NCBI RefSeq assembly: GCF_006345805.1
Contig: NC_043007.1
Span: 29,698,001 to 29,762,000 of the forward strand
Direction of reading: 5' to 3'
Source: Octopus sinensis
Lineage: Eukaryota
Length of the DNA: 64,000 bases
Shown here: positions 28,026-42,361 of the stretch, one piece after another
Layout: each line of letters begins with the position of its first letter
Numbering within the stretch: the first letter of the stretch is position 1
Program-made: the position numbers and the translations under genes
The notes under the pieces: generated by a model
Seen by the model: only the letters and a program-made list of their open reading frames with translations
Told to the model about the DNA's origin: nothing
Database searches by the model: none

Positions 28026-28540
28026 CTACTAAAATTGCTCACCAAAATCTGAAATAATTATTTCCATTTGCAATGCCTACCAAATATTAAACTATAATAT
28101 GTTATTGAGTGTTTGTCTCTTGTTATCTTGATGTGCAACTCCCATATTTGTTTAGCACCGTTTGTAATCCATGTGGAGGGCCTTGAGCTCAACAGAGAAA
28201 CGTTATCATCGTTATTATTGGTGTTATTTTATGAAATTATCCTATTTTTCTTACTTTTATATCATTGATAGGATTTCTATCATTATTGTAATCATTGTTT
28301 TTATTGCTGATGTGTTTTTGTTATTGTTTTTTTTAAACTAATTAAAAAGTCTGTGCAGACAAGCAAGCTTCAATAAAATTCAATAATATTCTGTCAACTA
28401 ATTCATCGATATTGGCGCCAAAATGACACTAAAACAGGGTTTTTCGATGAAGTAAACAATAATTTGCCGTGATGAGTTGTCATCATTATCATCATCACCA
28501 TCACCATCACCATCATTATCATCATCACCATCACCATCAC

Positions 28541-28597
<57 letters not shown>

Positions 28598-29217
28598 TAT
28601 TATTATTATTATTATTATTAGAAGCATTATTGTTGTCGTTGTTGTTTCCATTATATTGCTCTGTTTTTGACTAATGTTCCAATTAAAGCCGTTCAGTTTC
28701 CTGTTTCTGCCACAATACACAGAACAATGTTCGCTGGAATACTTTATATTTTTCTGTTGGTTTTCGGTGCTTCTCCAACATGGCTGTCAATCATTCCAAC
28801 AAATCTGATATAAAACCCTCATTTAAAACTTACTATTTCTGTAAACCTGTTAAGAACCCAGGCCCGACAGGAAAGAATAGGTTTCTTTAGTTTTTTTGGT
28901 GGGAGGGGATGAAAAATACTAACCTGTCCTCCATTGCGGACTTCCCTGCAAACACCAGCAATAAAGTACTGCCTTCACATCGGGTGTCACGATAACTGCT
29001 GATGTTGTTGTTAAGCAACAAGACGGGTAAGGGTGATTAGGTGATGGTCGAGGGCTTAGGGGCGGGAGACCCCAGACCTTGGAAAAAGGAAAAAACTTTC
29101 GTCGTCTTGTTATCGAGGGCTCTTCATTGACGCCTGACACCACTGGGAGGTGGCCCTCGAAGTCGCTGGAAATGGAGATCTTCAGGTCCAAATTCTTGAA
29201 CGGCTGTTAAAGATATA

Positions 29218-29451
29218 TGTTTCTTTACAACCCAGAAGGGGCTAAACACAGAGAGGACAAACAAGGACAGACAAACAGATTAAGCCGATTATATCGACCC
29301 CAGTGCGTAACTGGTACTTAATTTATCGACCCTGAAAGGATGAAAGGCAAAGTCGACCTCGGCGGAATTTGAACTCAGAACGTAACAGCAGACGAAATAC
29401 GGCTACGCATTTCGTCCGGCGTGTTAACGTTTCTGCCAGCTCGCCGCCTTG
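29218..29451 (-). mobile_element. Full-length tRNA-derived SINE (family 1) with 17-bp target-site duplication
   Basis: TSD cggctgttaaagatata at 29201-29217 and 29452-29468; head ggcggcgagctggcagaa; B-box gttcaaattcc. Confidence 0.92.
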
Positions 29452-31423
29452 CGGCTGTTAAAGATATAAGCATCATAAAACTTGACCAAAAGACGGTCAT
29501 TCATTAGAATCCGGGCAGTGAAAGACATGTTTCCTCTCTCAGTCTCACCTCATCTTCCACTACTACGACTCTCCCTGCTTCTCCCACCTCACCAGCTGCC
29601 TACTACTTCCCTCATTCGCTCCAATCAATATTACTTAAATTTCGACTAAATTCAATTCCAAAGTTTAAAGATTTGGATTTATTCAATTGCTCAGTTATTC
29701 TGAAGAACATTCCACTACAGCGGTGTATCTACTAGAATCTTTAGCATTGCCCCTGCATGGCCGCAGTCTAATGACTGAAACAAGTAAAAGATGACAAATT
29801 GTCACAACTTAGCACTAAGAGGATTCGAGACAGTCTCCTCCGGAGACACAACGAGGCTGATTTTTTTAATAAAAACTGCCTACAAAATCTTGTCGTATTG
29901 TTACTAAAACATTCAACCCTCATCTCATTGATGGGGAATTTGTGAGCTATTTCTAGCCGTAGATCTGACTCTGAAAAGATTCCCACAACTGTTCTAGTTC
30001 GTGCAATGGTCTGTAGCCGAAATGGCTTTCAATTACCTCAGTCTGACTCACAATATCTAGGTTCCATGGTTAAGTACAGCTTCACAGAGGCGTTCAGTGA
30101 CGTACTTACGACTTACCTATGTAAGCAGAGGGAACGCTACATATTTAACGACTGTTTCCTTTGCTTATTGAGTTCATGTATTCAGTCGGAAGAAAGAAAA
30201 GAAAAGCTAGTCTCATCCTCAGCCTTAGATCAGAGTAGACCAATTTCTCCCGCGAAACATTTGTGCCCTGGGTTACAGTTTGCGTGAAACGGTGAATGTA
30301 TTTGACAGTCTACTTTAAGTATATTGTTGTTAAACCCTAGGTTAACCCTTATCCACCAGTACGTCCGATCAAAGCTGTATCAGCTGTCGCCATTCAATCA
30401 CTGACTGTTTAATCTATGATTCAAGCCATTCCAACCTTATTCTTCTCGATATGTTTGTCTTTATGACACTGTCTGTCTTGGATTACATTATCCAATTTGT
30501 TATTCCTTTTTAAGATAGATTCCTTTTTTAAGATGGAAAAATGTAACTTGATAGATAGAAGGCTGTTATTTCTAGCAGATGGAGACATCCCGTGGAGGGG
30601 CTCCCATGTTGACTTCATGTTTTCTTACAACTTCAGAAATGTTTGTCGCTTTCGGCGCAATGTAGCACCAGAAATAAAAAGGCAGATCATCGGTGACCAA
30701 TTCGTTGTTTTGTGGGGGATTATTGTATAAAAGTCTTCCTCGTCAGATCTTAAGTCAAAATAATCACTGAAACTGCGAGAACAAGAAGCGGATATTTTCT
30801 GCAGTCACAAATTATTCTCTTAAAAATAGAAGGATTCGTTGGATAATGTGATGTGAGACATATCTACAAATGTCATGGCGGCATCTGGTCTACCGGATTA
30901 GAGTTGGCTTGGAAATAAACAACAACAACAAAAACAACAACAATAGCATCACTAACAACAACTAGAAGATCTTGCAGGCAGTTCAAAAAAAAACAACCTT
31001 CTTGTTTCCCCAGAGGAGATCATCTAGAATTCTCTTAGTGCCAAACTGTGACAATGCTAAAGTTTCTAGTAGATATACCGCTTTAGTGGAGTGTTCTTCA
31101 CAATAACTTAGCAATTGAATCGAAGCAAGTCTTTAAACTAACAACTTGGAATTGAATTTAGTCGAAATTTAAGACGGCTTCCTTCCAGAAATCCGATTTC
31201 CTTCCATGACTCACAGCTATCAGATATAACTTCATTGGAGTTGAACAAGTTAGAAATCTTTTAAATATTTTCTGTTATGTGTGACTTTTATGTTATTTTT
31301 TAAATGTCAAATTACTTGATATAGTGTGTGGGCATGCAAGGCTAGCTTGGTAGTTATAGCAAAGACGGTGGCCATCTTGCCTCTCTTACTTATCTCGGTT
31401 ATCATTCCACTACCACCGACGTG

Positions 31424-31456
<33 letters not shown>

Positions 31457-31549
31457 CCATCACCACCTATAATTCTAATGTTCTTCAATAGGAATGGTGA
31501 CTTATTTCTATCAGATGAACTAATGATTAATTGAATCAAACAGCCAATA

Positions 31550-31720
31550 GACGCAGACATGTTTGTGTGATTAAGAAATTCACTTCGCTTCTACATGGTT
31601 TCAGGGTCAATCCCACTGCACGGCAGCTTGGAGCAAATGTCTTCTACCTCCTCCTATAACCACTACCAAAGCCTTTTGTAATTTGGTGAAGAACATTTTT
31701 GGAAGACAGTCTGTGAGACC
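31550..31720 (+). mobile_element. SINE family 2 head, degenerate
   Basis: catggtttcagggtcaatcccactgcacggcagcttgg..caaatgtcttcta matches the head of 45830-46225. Confidence 0.55.
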
Positions 31721-32039
31721 TTCCCCTGGCTTCGTTGGTAAAGTTAATCACGTGTCTTTAATGGAACGCCTTCGATGCAAGTATTCAGGTCTCCTGTTTG
31801 AGAGTAAATTCCTACCAAGCATTGAGTCCTCTGAAAAACCGTGATGTAGGCCTCCATCCCTCAACTGACTCAACTGAGCCATGCACTCCTCACCTAGACT
31901 TTGAATTAGTGACGAGGTGGTCTTAAATAGAGCGCCTTTGCTCATAATCTGCTTGTTTGGGGGTGACTCGGGGTTACACAGCAACAACAATAACAATATT
32001 TGAACTGATCCTGAAATACTTTTGTTATGAAATCTTCCC

Positions 32040-32825
32040 ATACATTGATACTTTCTATAGCATCTATTGATACTTTCTATAGCATCGTGGAATCTTTGCA
32101 AGTTGCTTGATAATCTAAAGTTTGCAACATTTAACTTTTTGGGTACCTTAGGACCAGATTATCGATTTTTAGGCATTATCGAAAAATTTATTTGTCCACG
32201 CATTAGACGATGGTCAGTCCAGCTCTCTGCTCCTTAAACATCTTTCATTTCACGTTTCTGATCAAAATATAGTCTATGAGATGCCAGTGCTCAGATCTTG
32301 GGTGCATCTAGATGGTTTTATATTTATTTTTCTGCTTAAAGAGAGTATTGGTGACAACCAGATTATTCTCAGTACAAAACATCAAAAGAGATACTCCATT
32401 TTTATTACGTTTTACAATCCCATGTCGACCTAAAACAGGCCATGAAATGCAGTCCTTTCCAACTCTTGCATTGAAATCTCCTAATATGACCTGCTTGTCT
32501 GAAATTGGTACTTCCTTCAATAATTGTGCTAGATCATCATAAAACTGTCCTACAATTTTCATTAGCATGGGATATTGTTGATGCACAAATACTGACAACG
32601 GTAAGAAACCTACCTTCTGTCAGTTTTGTACGGCATGAAATGGTTCGTTCAGATATACCACTTGGAAATTCTGTAATGAAGGATACTAATGTATTCTTGA
32701 GAGCAAACCAAACACCAGATTCTCTACGCTGACCCTTAGATAGGCCTCTCCAAAAGATAGTGTAACCATAAGTAGGTTCATTTATTTGACCCTTACCAAA
32801 GAGACGAGTTTCAGAGGGGGGCAAC
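32040..32825 (-). mobile_element. RTE-clade LINE APE endonuclease fragment
   Basis: SETRL, GYTIFWRG, RESGVWFA, ILGDFNARVG, VLGRHG, NLVVTNTLF and HPRSEHWHLIDYILIR motifs. Confidence 0.88.
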
Positions 32826-33104
32826 TATATCAGGGGAATATTGCGGTACACTGGGACACCCGCCAAGTCAGACCTGTTTCCCTGACGTTCCTAAGTCTTT
32901 TTGGTCATTTACCGAATCAGTTTGAGACATTTTAGAGTAAGTTACAAGTGCATTTTTATATATACACATATACATACATACAAACATACATACATACATA
33001 CATACATACATACATACATACATACATACATACATACATACACACATATATACACACATATATACACATACATACATACATACATACATACATACATACA
33101 TACA

Positions 33105-33140
<36 letters not shown>

Positions 33141-33143
33141 TAC

Positions 33144-33174
<31 letters not shown>

Positions 33175-33175
33175 A

Positions 33176-33730
33176 CAGCGATGGCCAAACTGCTACTCGC
33201 GAATAACACGCAGGTCTTCAGCATCCATTGCTCGGGGGCGTGAAAATGCGTTGGCTGAGCTCTTCCTTTTTTGATCACATCTAACACAAAGAAAAGCCAA
33301 GAAAATATTTCAAACTTGTTACGAAGTGAGAGAAGCCCATGAAATTTTAATGTTTCTGGGTTCTCACTATAAAATAATTATTTAGGAACTGAAATGATCA
33401 ACGAAAGAAAGCATTCGAACGTGTTTTTGATGAAATTAGTAGTTTCACCAAGTTTTGCTTCCAGCCGACCAAACCTAATTATTAACACTCTTTGCACAGG
33501 CCTTGAATATTCTTTTCTTCATTTCGCAACGATTAACCGAAGAATTTAAATACTAATTTTAATGTTAGGACTAAATTAAGTTTTGTTCTTGATCGCTGAA
33601 AGAAAGATTGGTGGGCAGCAGCAAGACTTAAGCTATTTCTAGTGATCATGGCCTTGAGAAAAAGGTCAGCGAACTGACGATATGTACTTGGACATTTTAA
33701 CCAAAGAAAGGGAAGAAAAGAAAAAGAATT
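33176..33730 (+). mobile_element. hAT-like DNA transposon remnant
   Basis: Starts with cagcgatggccaaac (hAT-like TIR); degenerate sequence resembling the C-terminal dimerisation region. Confidence 0.35.
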
Positions 33731-34019
33731 TTGTAATTCAGTGAGTTCTGCTAAATCTGCTGCCAGGATTTACAATTGCATCAAACTTAACATTTAAAGT
33801 TTCATTCTTCTGCTTCCATATTTACTTTTAAAAAATATATTCGTAAATCGCTTGCTTTTTTGTTTTATTAAAACTGCTGCAAGCTTTAAATCGTAAAGAA
33901 TTATTTAACAGGTTTTGTTATACATTTTCCTGGGTGTAATTCACCAGAAATAACCCGGTTTTCTACATTTTCTTTTAATCTTGTTTGCTAACTAAAAATA
34001 CCCAGAGAGGAGGGTGTAC

Positions 34020-34210
34020 CAGTTAAAGATGGGAGAGAAGCTCTTGCTCTGCTAGAAACAGCAGCCAAATCACACTTTGGAAAGACGACATTAGACAATG
34101 TGGTGTTGTTTCCCACAATACTTTAAACAGATGCGATGTTCACGGCCAGAATCCCTTTTATTCTAAGTTTGTCTGATTTGGGCTGACCTGGAGCAAATAA
34201 CAACAACAAG
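34020..34210 (+). repeat. Dispersed repeat ending in gggctgacctgg..(aac)n; related copies near 18370-18440, 22860-23030, 30320-30600 and 30750-30930
   Basis: Shared segments ctgctagaaa..cagc, gacaatgt..t and ctgacctgg..aaacaacaac. Confidence 0.5.
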
Positions 34211-35284
34211 GGATCCTGTTTGTGCTCGCCCATAACAATCAAGTTTTCCCCCAGCAGATGGCGTTCGTGTTGTATCCTCGTCCCCTATCTTTTAAATATT
34301 TCTAACATTGAAATAAATAAACAATAAAATAATTTTGAACACTAACAAACATCGGAAATTATAAAATATTTGCGAGGCTGCTGCTGCTGCGGCCACCGCG
34401 CTGCTGCTGCTGCTGCTGCCGCTGGTCATGATGGTAGTGGTGGTGATGATAGGGATAACAGTAGTGGTGGTGGTGGCGGTGGATTTGGTAATTGTGGTGG
34501 TGGTGGTGAAGGTAATATTTGTGGGGATAAGGGTGGTAGTGATGCTGTATTTATGGGGGCGATCGCGTTATTTGTGTTGGTTGTGATGATGATGATGATG
34601 ATGGTGGACAGGTGCTTTGGTAGTGAAGGTCTTGATAATGATGGTGGTGGTGGTGGTGGTGGTGGTTGGTGGCGATGGTAGGGGTGAAATAACTGATAGA
34701 TTTCGAATGCAAGTTTTGCGAAACAGGGTTTGTCGAAAGTGTGTGACTGAAGATGACGTCATCAAATGATCGGAAACATAAAAAGGAAGATGGAAATTGA
34801 AATAGTAAACCGGAACAGGAGGATGATCCGGGATTCACCGTTAAAGAAGGTAAACCGTTCTGTCTTCCATTATTACAATCCTCCATACGGATTAGTCCAG
34901 AACAAGTGTGTTGGAAAATGGCAAGAATTTGAAACAGTAGAAAGAAGCAAATCAATGAGAAAATTCCATTTGAATCGGATTAACTTGAGTTGAAAGCACC
35001 ATCAAGGAGCAAGCAGACGACGGCTGACGATGCTCAATAAAGAAGTGACTGGTGCTAGTTTTGTTATGAGTATATACGTACACACACACACACACACACA
35101 CACAGATATATATATATATATATATATATATATCAATGAGAAAGAGAGAAGACGAAAGAATAAATGATTATGAACTTTATTACTTTACAGCTGTTTCTGA
35201 CATAAGATGCAGAGGACTCATAGTAGAGAGCCTAGTTATTAGCCTCGCAATGACTAACTGAAATATTAAAACACAAATATATAT

Positions 35285-35318
<34 letters not shown>

Positions 35319-35471
35319 ATATATATATTGCCCGAAACGGTCGTGACTTATGGTACTTGACTGAGGAAAGAAGGCCACGAATGACACGTCTTTTTTTCCT
35401 GTCCACCTTTGTATAGTCTATCTAGCCGAATGTTTTATTGGCCTCTATTGCGTTTTTGCTCCATTTCTATA

Positions 35472-35583
<112 letters not shown>

Positions 35584-35629
35584 TACATACGTACATACAC
35601 ACACACACACACACACACAAATATCTATA

Positions 35630-36012
35630 TACGCGGTCTGATCAGTAAGTATCCGGACTGTTGCGATAGTAACGAAGCTGAAGCACGTAGAGTAAAGCCG
35701 CTTAGCACAGGTTGACCTTAAATTCTGTTGTGCAGGCTCACTAAGTTTTAACGTTGTAGCTCGCTTCCTCCGTTTACAACAGTGCCTGGAAGGAAGGTGT
35801 GTAACGTGTGACCTTCGCATTGACAGATAAAGTTGGGCAGAGAATCTGTACAAAATTTTGCCAGAAGCCTGGCGATACCCTCTCAGAGGCCTATGCAAAG
35901 TTTTCAAAAAGTTCTCATCGTTCTCGACACAATCAAGGAGATCTTGTGCAACTGAGACCCGAGTGTCCTTTTGGTCAACTGAAAGCAGCTTTGGCGCAAA
36001 CTTGGCAGACCT
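35630..36012. mobile_element. Mariner remnant with internal inversion
   Basis: TIR tacgcggtctgatcagtaagt; plus strand TDKVGQRICTKFCQKPG; minus strand SAKFAPKLLSVDQKDTRVSVAQDLLDCVENDENFLKT. Confidence 0.75.
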
Positions 36013-36686
36013 GCATATATGTATATACATACATAAAAAGCAACAAAATATTCCTAAGCCAGGCACCTTTAAACAAATATTACCCTTACCAGAATTATAA
36101 CCTCCAAGAAAGAAGATCACACAATATTAATATATAATATACCATAAACAAGAAAGGAGAAACCCCTTAACGGTTTCACCCCGACGAGAATGAAGGTCAA
36201 TTTAAAACAATGAGAACACGAGACATAAAAGACTAACTGACAAAGAGGACGTCAAACATACTTCCACCATCGACTGCGAAACGAATGCCATCGTGGTTTC
36301 GATACCTGGGGCAGTATCATTCAATCGGACGGAGTAAACAGTATTAAAAACATAAACACTGCCCGGGGATCAATAGAAAAGAAACAGGGTCCGAAGGGTT
36401 GACACAGAATGTCCAATACGTCTTCACCTGCTTATTGTTACAAATGCAAAGATTAAATCTCAGACATAAATTGTTTCATCGCTATAGCTTTGATACTTGG
36501 AAATTTGGAATAAAAACTACGAATAAAACATACAAATATCCTCAAACCGGAGATTGCTAGAATTATAGAACATAAAACGAACGAGAGAATTAAGCGTATT
36601 ACACAAAAATTAGTGAACCCAATCGAAAGTAAAGGTTATCAATACAGAAAACGAATAATAATAAAATAATAATAATAATAATAATA

Positions 36687-36724
<38 letters not shown>

Positions 36725-37709
36725 TAAGAAGTGACAAACCTAGAACTTCAAACATAGATTAACTAAAGAACATAGATCAGTGGATATTGTGACTTCATAA
36801 TCTATAAAATATATTTCAAACACAAAATCATAATTAAAACAAACCCAACGTGAACTACAGGAATAATAGATCGCTTTCACTAAACAGGCTTCAATCGTTT
36901 TAAAACAACGCGACATGGGAATAAACCAGTAGAGATCGATATATATTGAATATAAACTTTAACTGCTGAAAATAAATTTAAACAAATATTTCACCTAAAA
37001 ATTTAAATAATAGGAAAGGATATAAAATTGACAGAAACACCCAAATCGTACGAAAATATTGACAGAGTTCAAATATGGAAACATAATTAAAACAATATAA
37101 ATGTAAACCAACGGAATAATATGTCATATAACTCATTATCTTCATCCAGTGTTTTAAATCCGGGTTTTGTCCCCGTTAATGGGGGTGGCCAGATATACCT
37201 CAATGCCATAGCAACAAAGGTAAGCAGGTGCAGCCCACCCCAGCTTTTGGACTGGCTGGTACCCATTCTCCTTTGCTATCATGAGGCTTTTTTGGAGCTG
37301 GATTTTCCTCGGGGAACATGCTTACACCCGACCTCAGTTTCTAGATATGGCTTCTACCACGATTTTTCCACAATACCCCTTAGGTAATCCCAATAACCGT
37401 ATAAATCCACATTTTAACTCCTGATCTCACTCATACTCGAATATCACAACCATCTAATTATATTCGTGTGTATATGAGTGCATGCATATGTGCGTGTATA
37501 TGTATGTGTGAGTATGTATATATGCGTGAATGTATGTATGCGTGTACAGAGGCGATAATACATACAGATACACGTATATATGGATGTGCATGTGTACATA
37601 TACATGTGGGTACGAGTTGTACATGTAGATATTGATATGTATAAATATCTGTACATATATTATAAATATATATATATATAATTATATTGTGTGTGTGTGT
37701 GTAGTGTGT

Positions 37710-37772
<63 letters not shown>

Positions 37773-37930
37773 TATATGTATATGTCGAGCAAAAAGATTT
37801 CTTCCTCGATCTATGTTTTATTGTCGAATGAATATGGTTCGGGGTTTCTCAAATACAAGCGATAAGAATAGAACCAATTTTCTCGGTGGGTTAAAACTCT
37901 AAGGAAAACTTCAATCCTAGCTTCATCTAC

Positions 37931-38000
<70 letters not shown>

Positions 38001-38008
38001 CTCTATCA

Positions 38009-38082
<74 letters not shown>

Positions 38083-38114
38083 CACACGCACATATATGTA
38101 TGTATGTATTATGC

Positions 38115-38148
<34 letters not shown>

Positions 38149-38902
38149 GTCAAAGTGCAGAACTGATTCAAGGGTTGAGAATAGATGCGCATGTATTATG
38201 CCTGTCCACACATGTGCGCGCATGCACACAAACATACAGGTGGGAGTATATTTTGTTACGGCTTCGTTGTATATACATAAACGCATGCGTATATCAGTGT
38301 ATATGTATATGTGATGATATGTGAATGAACCAATGTGTGTGTGTGTGCGTGCGTACGTGTGTGGCGTGAAGGAATACAATATCTCGACGACATTATTATA
38401 ATGTCATCACCAGGGATATCCGAGCTGTGGGATAACTAATAATATCAACATGATATCCGATATTAGCAGATCTTAAGAAAGAATAGTTCAAGGGCGATAT
38501 ATCTGGAGCGTCCGGTCTATCAAACTATTCGTTATCGTCCACAGACAGTTATGCCATAAATATTTTACCGCATGGTTACTCACTGATATATTATAATCAA
38601 CAGTCAACGAGAGGAACACAAACGAAGAGGTTGATGGGATACAGATTATCTGTTGATTGATTTATCTTTGGAGGGAGAAAGAGAGCGTGGCAATGGCGTA
38701 GCTCCTCTGTCGTTGGTCAAATGGACGAGGTTAATATTCCTCAGTAATCGGACACCAAGCCAAACGTATTTCTACGTCCCAATGCATACATATACAAATA
38801 TATACGTACATTATACATATAAATATGGATGTGTCTGTGTGTGCGTGTATGTATGTGCATGTGTATATAAGAAATTAAAATGACACAGAAACGCACTCCA
38901 TT

Positions 38903-38982
38903 AGCTTACAGTTGTTTCTGCTATAAGATGCAATGAACTCAGTTGAGTGCATGAGTATCTCCCTATAAACTTCATCAGAGCC
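38903..38982 (-). ncRNA. Hammerhead ribozyme with extended stem II
   Basis: Minus strand: ggct-CTGATGA-agtttatagg..atgcactca-ac-tgag..tgcat-cttatagca-GAAA-caactg-TA-agct; related sequence at 35160-35275. Confidence 0.6.
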
Positions 38983-39130
38983 CAAACATGAAATGCAATC
39001 TATTTGGGAAAACATTTACAATTATGTATATACACAGAAAACCATTGCCAATGAAAAAGCACACACAACACACACACACACACACACATGCATACATAAA
39101 TACACGCACATACTCTCATACACACACACA

Positions 39131-39177
<47 letters not shown>

Positions 39178-40238
39178 CATACAAGTGCGTACGTGTCGAA
39201 TTATACCCGGAATATCCATCAAAATCTGGAGTGTGCTCTTCTATGATGGGAAGGTATGGTTTGTTGGTGATTTAGCTGCTATTTCTACTAGATGGAGCAA
39301 TCACGTCGCGACTGCCCTACTGAGTATTTTGTTCATGTTTTCAGTGCGCATGTGCAAAATGGGGAGTAAGTGTGTAATTATGGAGCTAACTGTATTTTTA
39401 GTTGTCTAGTTTTGAGTTAATATTGTTGTCATTTGTGTTTCTGCTACTAGGTGGCAGCAGCGGCGGCAATAGTTAAGGCAAGGCCACTTGATTAGTCAGA
39501 CATTTACATTCGCTTCTGGAGTGAGAGACGTACATTTAAGAGGTAATCTGTAGCAATATGGATGAAGACAAGAGAGAGAAAGAGAGAGAGAGAGAGACTG
39601 AGGGAAAGAGATAGAAAGAGAAAGAGAGAGAGAGAAATAAGAATCGACATTGTTTGAATTGCAATTCCGAATTGTAGATATTTGCAGTGTGTTCCTCACA
39701 ACACATTGTAATTAAATAACTTGTGACAAACAAAACACGGATTGTTCAGAACACGAAACAAGGGAAGAAATCACAAATGAATACGTCAACAACGTCGAAC
39801 TGCTTCCGGCTAAATCAGCAGGCTGTGCAAGAACACCGCAATTATTTGCATATTGGATAATGTACTCCCAGATACATTTGCCTCGAAACAACGAAAAAAG
39901 AACACACACGAGATGGTTATGGTTGAAACCTTGATTTGTGCAAATATAAAATGGTGTTTAAGCAAATCTGCGTTCAAACACTAAACACGATTCAGTTTAG
40001 ATTTACTGAATTAGGACTCTGTCCTCTGGCTAAAAAGACAACAATAACACATGCAGACGCACGCATGTAGATATACATATATGTATGTGAGTGTATACGT
40101 GTGTGTGTACATACATATATACACACATAGATATACATATACATACACACACACACATATATATATATATATATTATATATATAAGAAATTAAAAAAGGA
40201 AAATACGCATACTTACATAGTTTTAATATAGCTTTTAC

Positions 40239-40275
40239 AATATCGACCGGTTTCGCTATCGCTATTCATGATATT
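40239..40275 (-). ncRNA. Degenerate minimal hammerhead-like motif
   Basis: aatatc-ATGAATA-gc-gata-gc-GAAA-ccgg-TC-gatatt: 6-bp stem I and palindromic stem III, but the core is mutated. Confidence 0.45.
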
Positions 40276-40354
40276 ATGTTTTATTTATTTGAATATGTAT
40301 TTTTTCTTATAAAGAAATTTTGTCCATGTTGTGTGTGATGAAATTCACGAGTGA

Positions 40355-40385
<31 letters not shown>

Positions 40386-40394
40386 ATGTGTGTG

Positions 40395-40428
<34 letters not shown>

Positions 40429-40437
40429 ACATATATA

Positions 40438-41273
40438 CATACGGCTTTATTTTTTCCCGCCAAACTAATGCTGCGTGGGGAAAATCCTTTAGGTGGGAGA
40501 TGAATCCACTCTTTCTGCGCATGCGTTAAGCTTTTCGCACCGTTAGGTTGCGTTAGATCCCGGATGTTACGCCTAGAGTACAGACCTGTAGTGGGCGCTC
40601 GTCGGATTTTCGTTTTCACTGGACGCATCGAACAGAGATATTGCATCAAATTTTCCCAAAGGCTTGGTGGAACTCAAGATCAAACCGTCCAAAAGATTCA
40701 GCAGGGCTTTGGTGATGATACCATGGCAAAAACACAGTGGAGAGGCACGCTGCGATAGGTCACGCACACGTCAAAATGAGGAACCTCCTCAGAAGGTTCT
40801 GCGAGTAGTCATAGAGGACCGTCGTGTAACAATCCAAGAAATTGCTCACGAAGTGATGATAATCACAGGATTCGTTCATTCCATTTTAACGAAGGATTTG
40901 TGTATGCAGTGTGTTTCCCTGCTAAATTCGACCCCATGGTGCTGGTGGAGAGGCAGAAACGATACCACATGGAAATCGCTCAGAACATGCTGTACTGTGC
41001 AAACCACGACCCAGGCTTCATGAAGGCCGCCATCACTGGTGATGAGACTGGGGCTCGATGTGTTCGGTCATGTTGCGTGAAACCAAAAATCTGACGAGCG
41101 CGCTCTAAACGCCTGTACTCTAGTCGTATCAGCCGGGAACTGAAGCGACCTACCGGCGCGTAAGTTTTCACGCATGCGCAGTAAAACGTCACCTCCCACC
41201 CAAAGGATTTTGACCACACGACATTAGTTTTGAAAGTAAAAATAAACTCAGATACTTTTTGGTCGCACTTCAT
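40438..41273 (+). mobile_element. Internally deleted mariner with ~180-bp diverged terminal inverted repeats
   Basis: EQRYCIKF, DRRVTIQEIA, AKFDPMVL and ITGDETG motifs; IRs at 40438-40619 / 41077-41255. Confidence 0.85.
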
Positions 41274-41280
41274 ATCTATC

Positions 41281-41321
<41 letters not shown>

Positions 41322-42318
41322 TTCCTTGCCAACTTGTATTTTTACAAACTCCTCTTTTGTTTTTATTATTAGTGATTCGTCATGATCAATTCTGAAGTAG
41401 TGAGAGAAATTGTGCTATGCACAACTGTGGTAGCAGTGAATATGTCTCAAAGAATCTTTGTAAAGACGGTGACAGATTGAATGTGAAAAATCAGAAAATA
41501 ATGACAATTCAAAGAAAACAACAACAACTACAAGCACAATCCAATTTGAGAAGAATAAAGAAAAATGAGGGGGAAAAACGCAAATTGAAATTACGATTAC
41601 AAAAGCACAACCGTTGTTTTTTTGCTCTCCATAAAAAGACATTGGATATGGATCAGCTGTAATCAGAAGAACGACCGCAGAAGTGGAATGTCTCTGAAGT
41701 GAGTGCTTCAGGAGAACTTACCTAAGAAAGTGCAACAAGGAGCGATGTACTTCTGTTTTTGAAAAAGACGGAGTGGGGTTTCTCTGTGCCTTCGGAAAAG
41801 GGGGAGGAATAGTCCTTACCGATGTAATGCATCATATATTTACGTACGACAGTAGAGTATATGGAAACATTTTCTTAATATTTTTAAAAATTCAGAATGA
41901 TGATACGGTGGTGCTCCAGCATTGCCGAAGCTCTCGAGCTGAAACTAGTAAAGAAGAATATACGAGAAAACAGGTACAGCTTGCGTGTTATACAGGTAGC
42001 CCCAGGACGGTAGCAAGAAAAGTACAAGGTTCGAGTTGCGAACCATTGACGCCGACGAATCCTTTGGCTCATAGTCACCTTTGAAACAGCGTTCGAACAC
42101 CTGTAATCAAGGTTGCGGAGACCTTGTAAGCGTGAAGGTGACCTGTTAAAATATGAGGTCGAGTGGAATCATGCATGGACATCTTGTTCCTGAGGATGCC
42201 TGAAGATTCTGAGGCTATGAGCAGTTATACTCTATAGGGAGATAGTATCTCTGGGCAAATAACACAGTAACTTTGCCTTTCAACGATGTATTTACACTAA
42301 GTATGGTGTATAGATGGA

Positions 42319-42361
<43 letters not shown>

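Noticed and set aside
29380-29451. tRNA gene
   Set aside because: A/B boxes belong to a SINE head followed by SINE core, tail and TSD
41417-41662. Basic K/Q-rich ORF
   Set aside because: No recognisable domain or splice signals; short and compositionally biased
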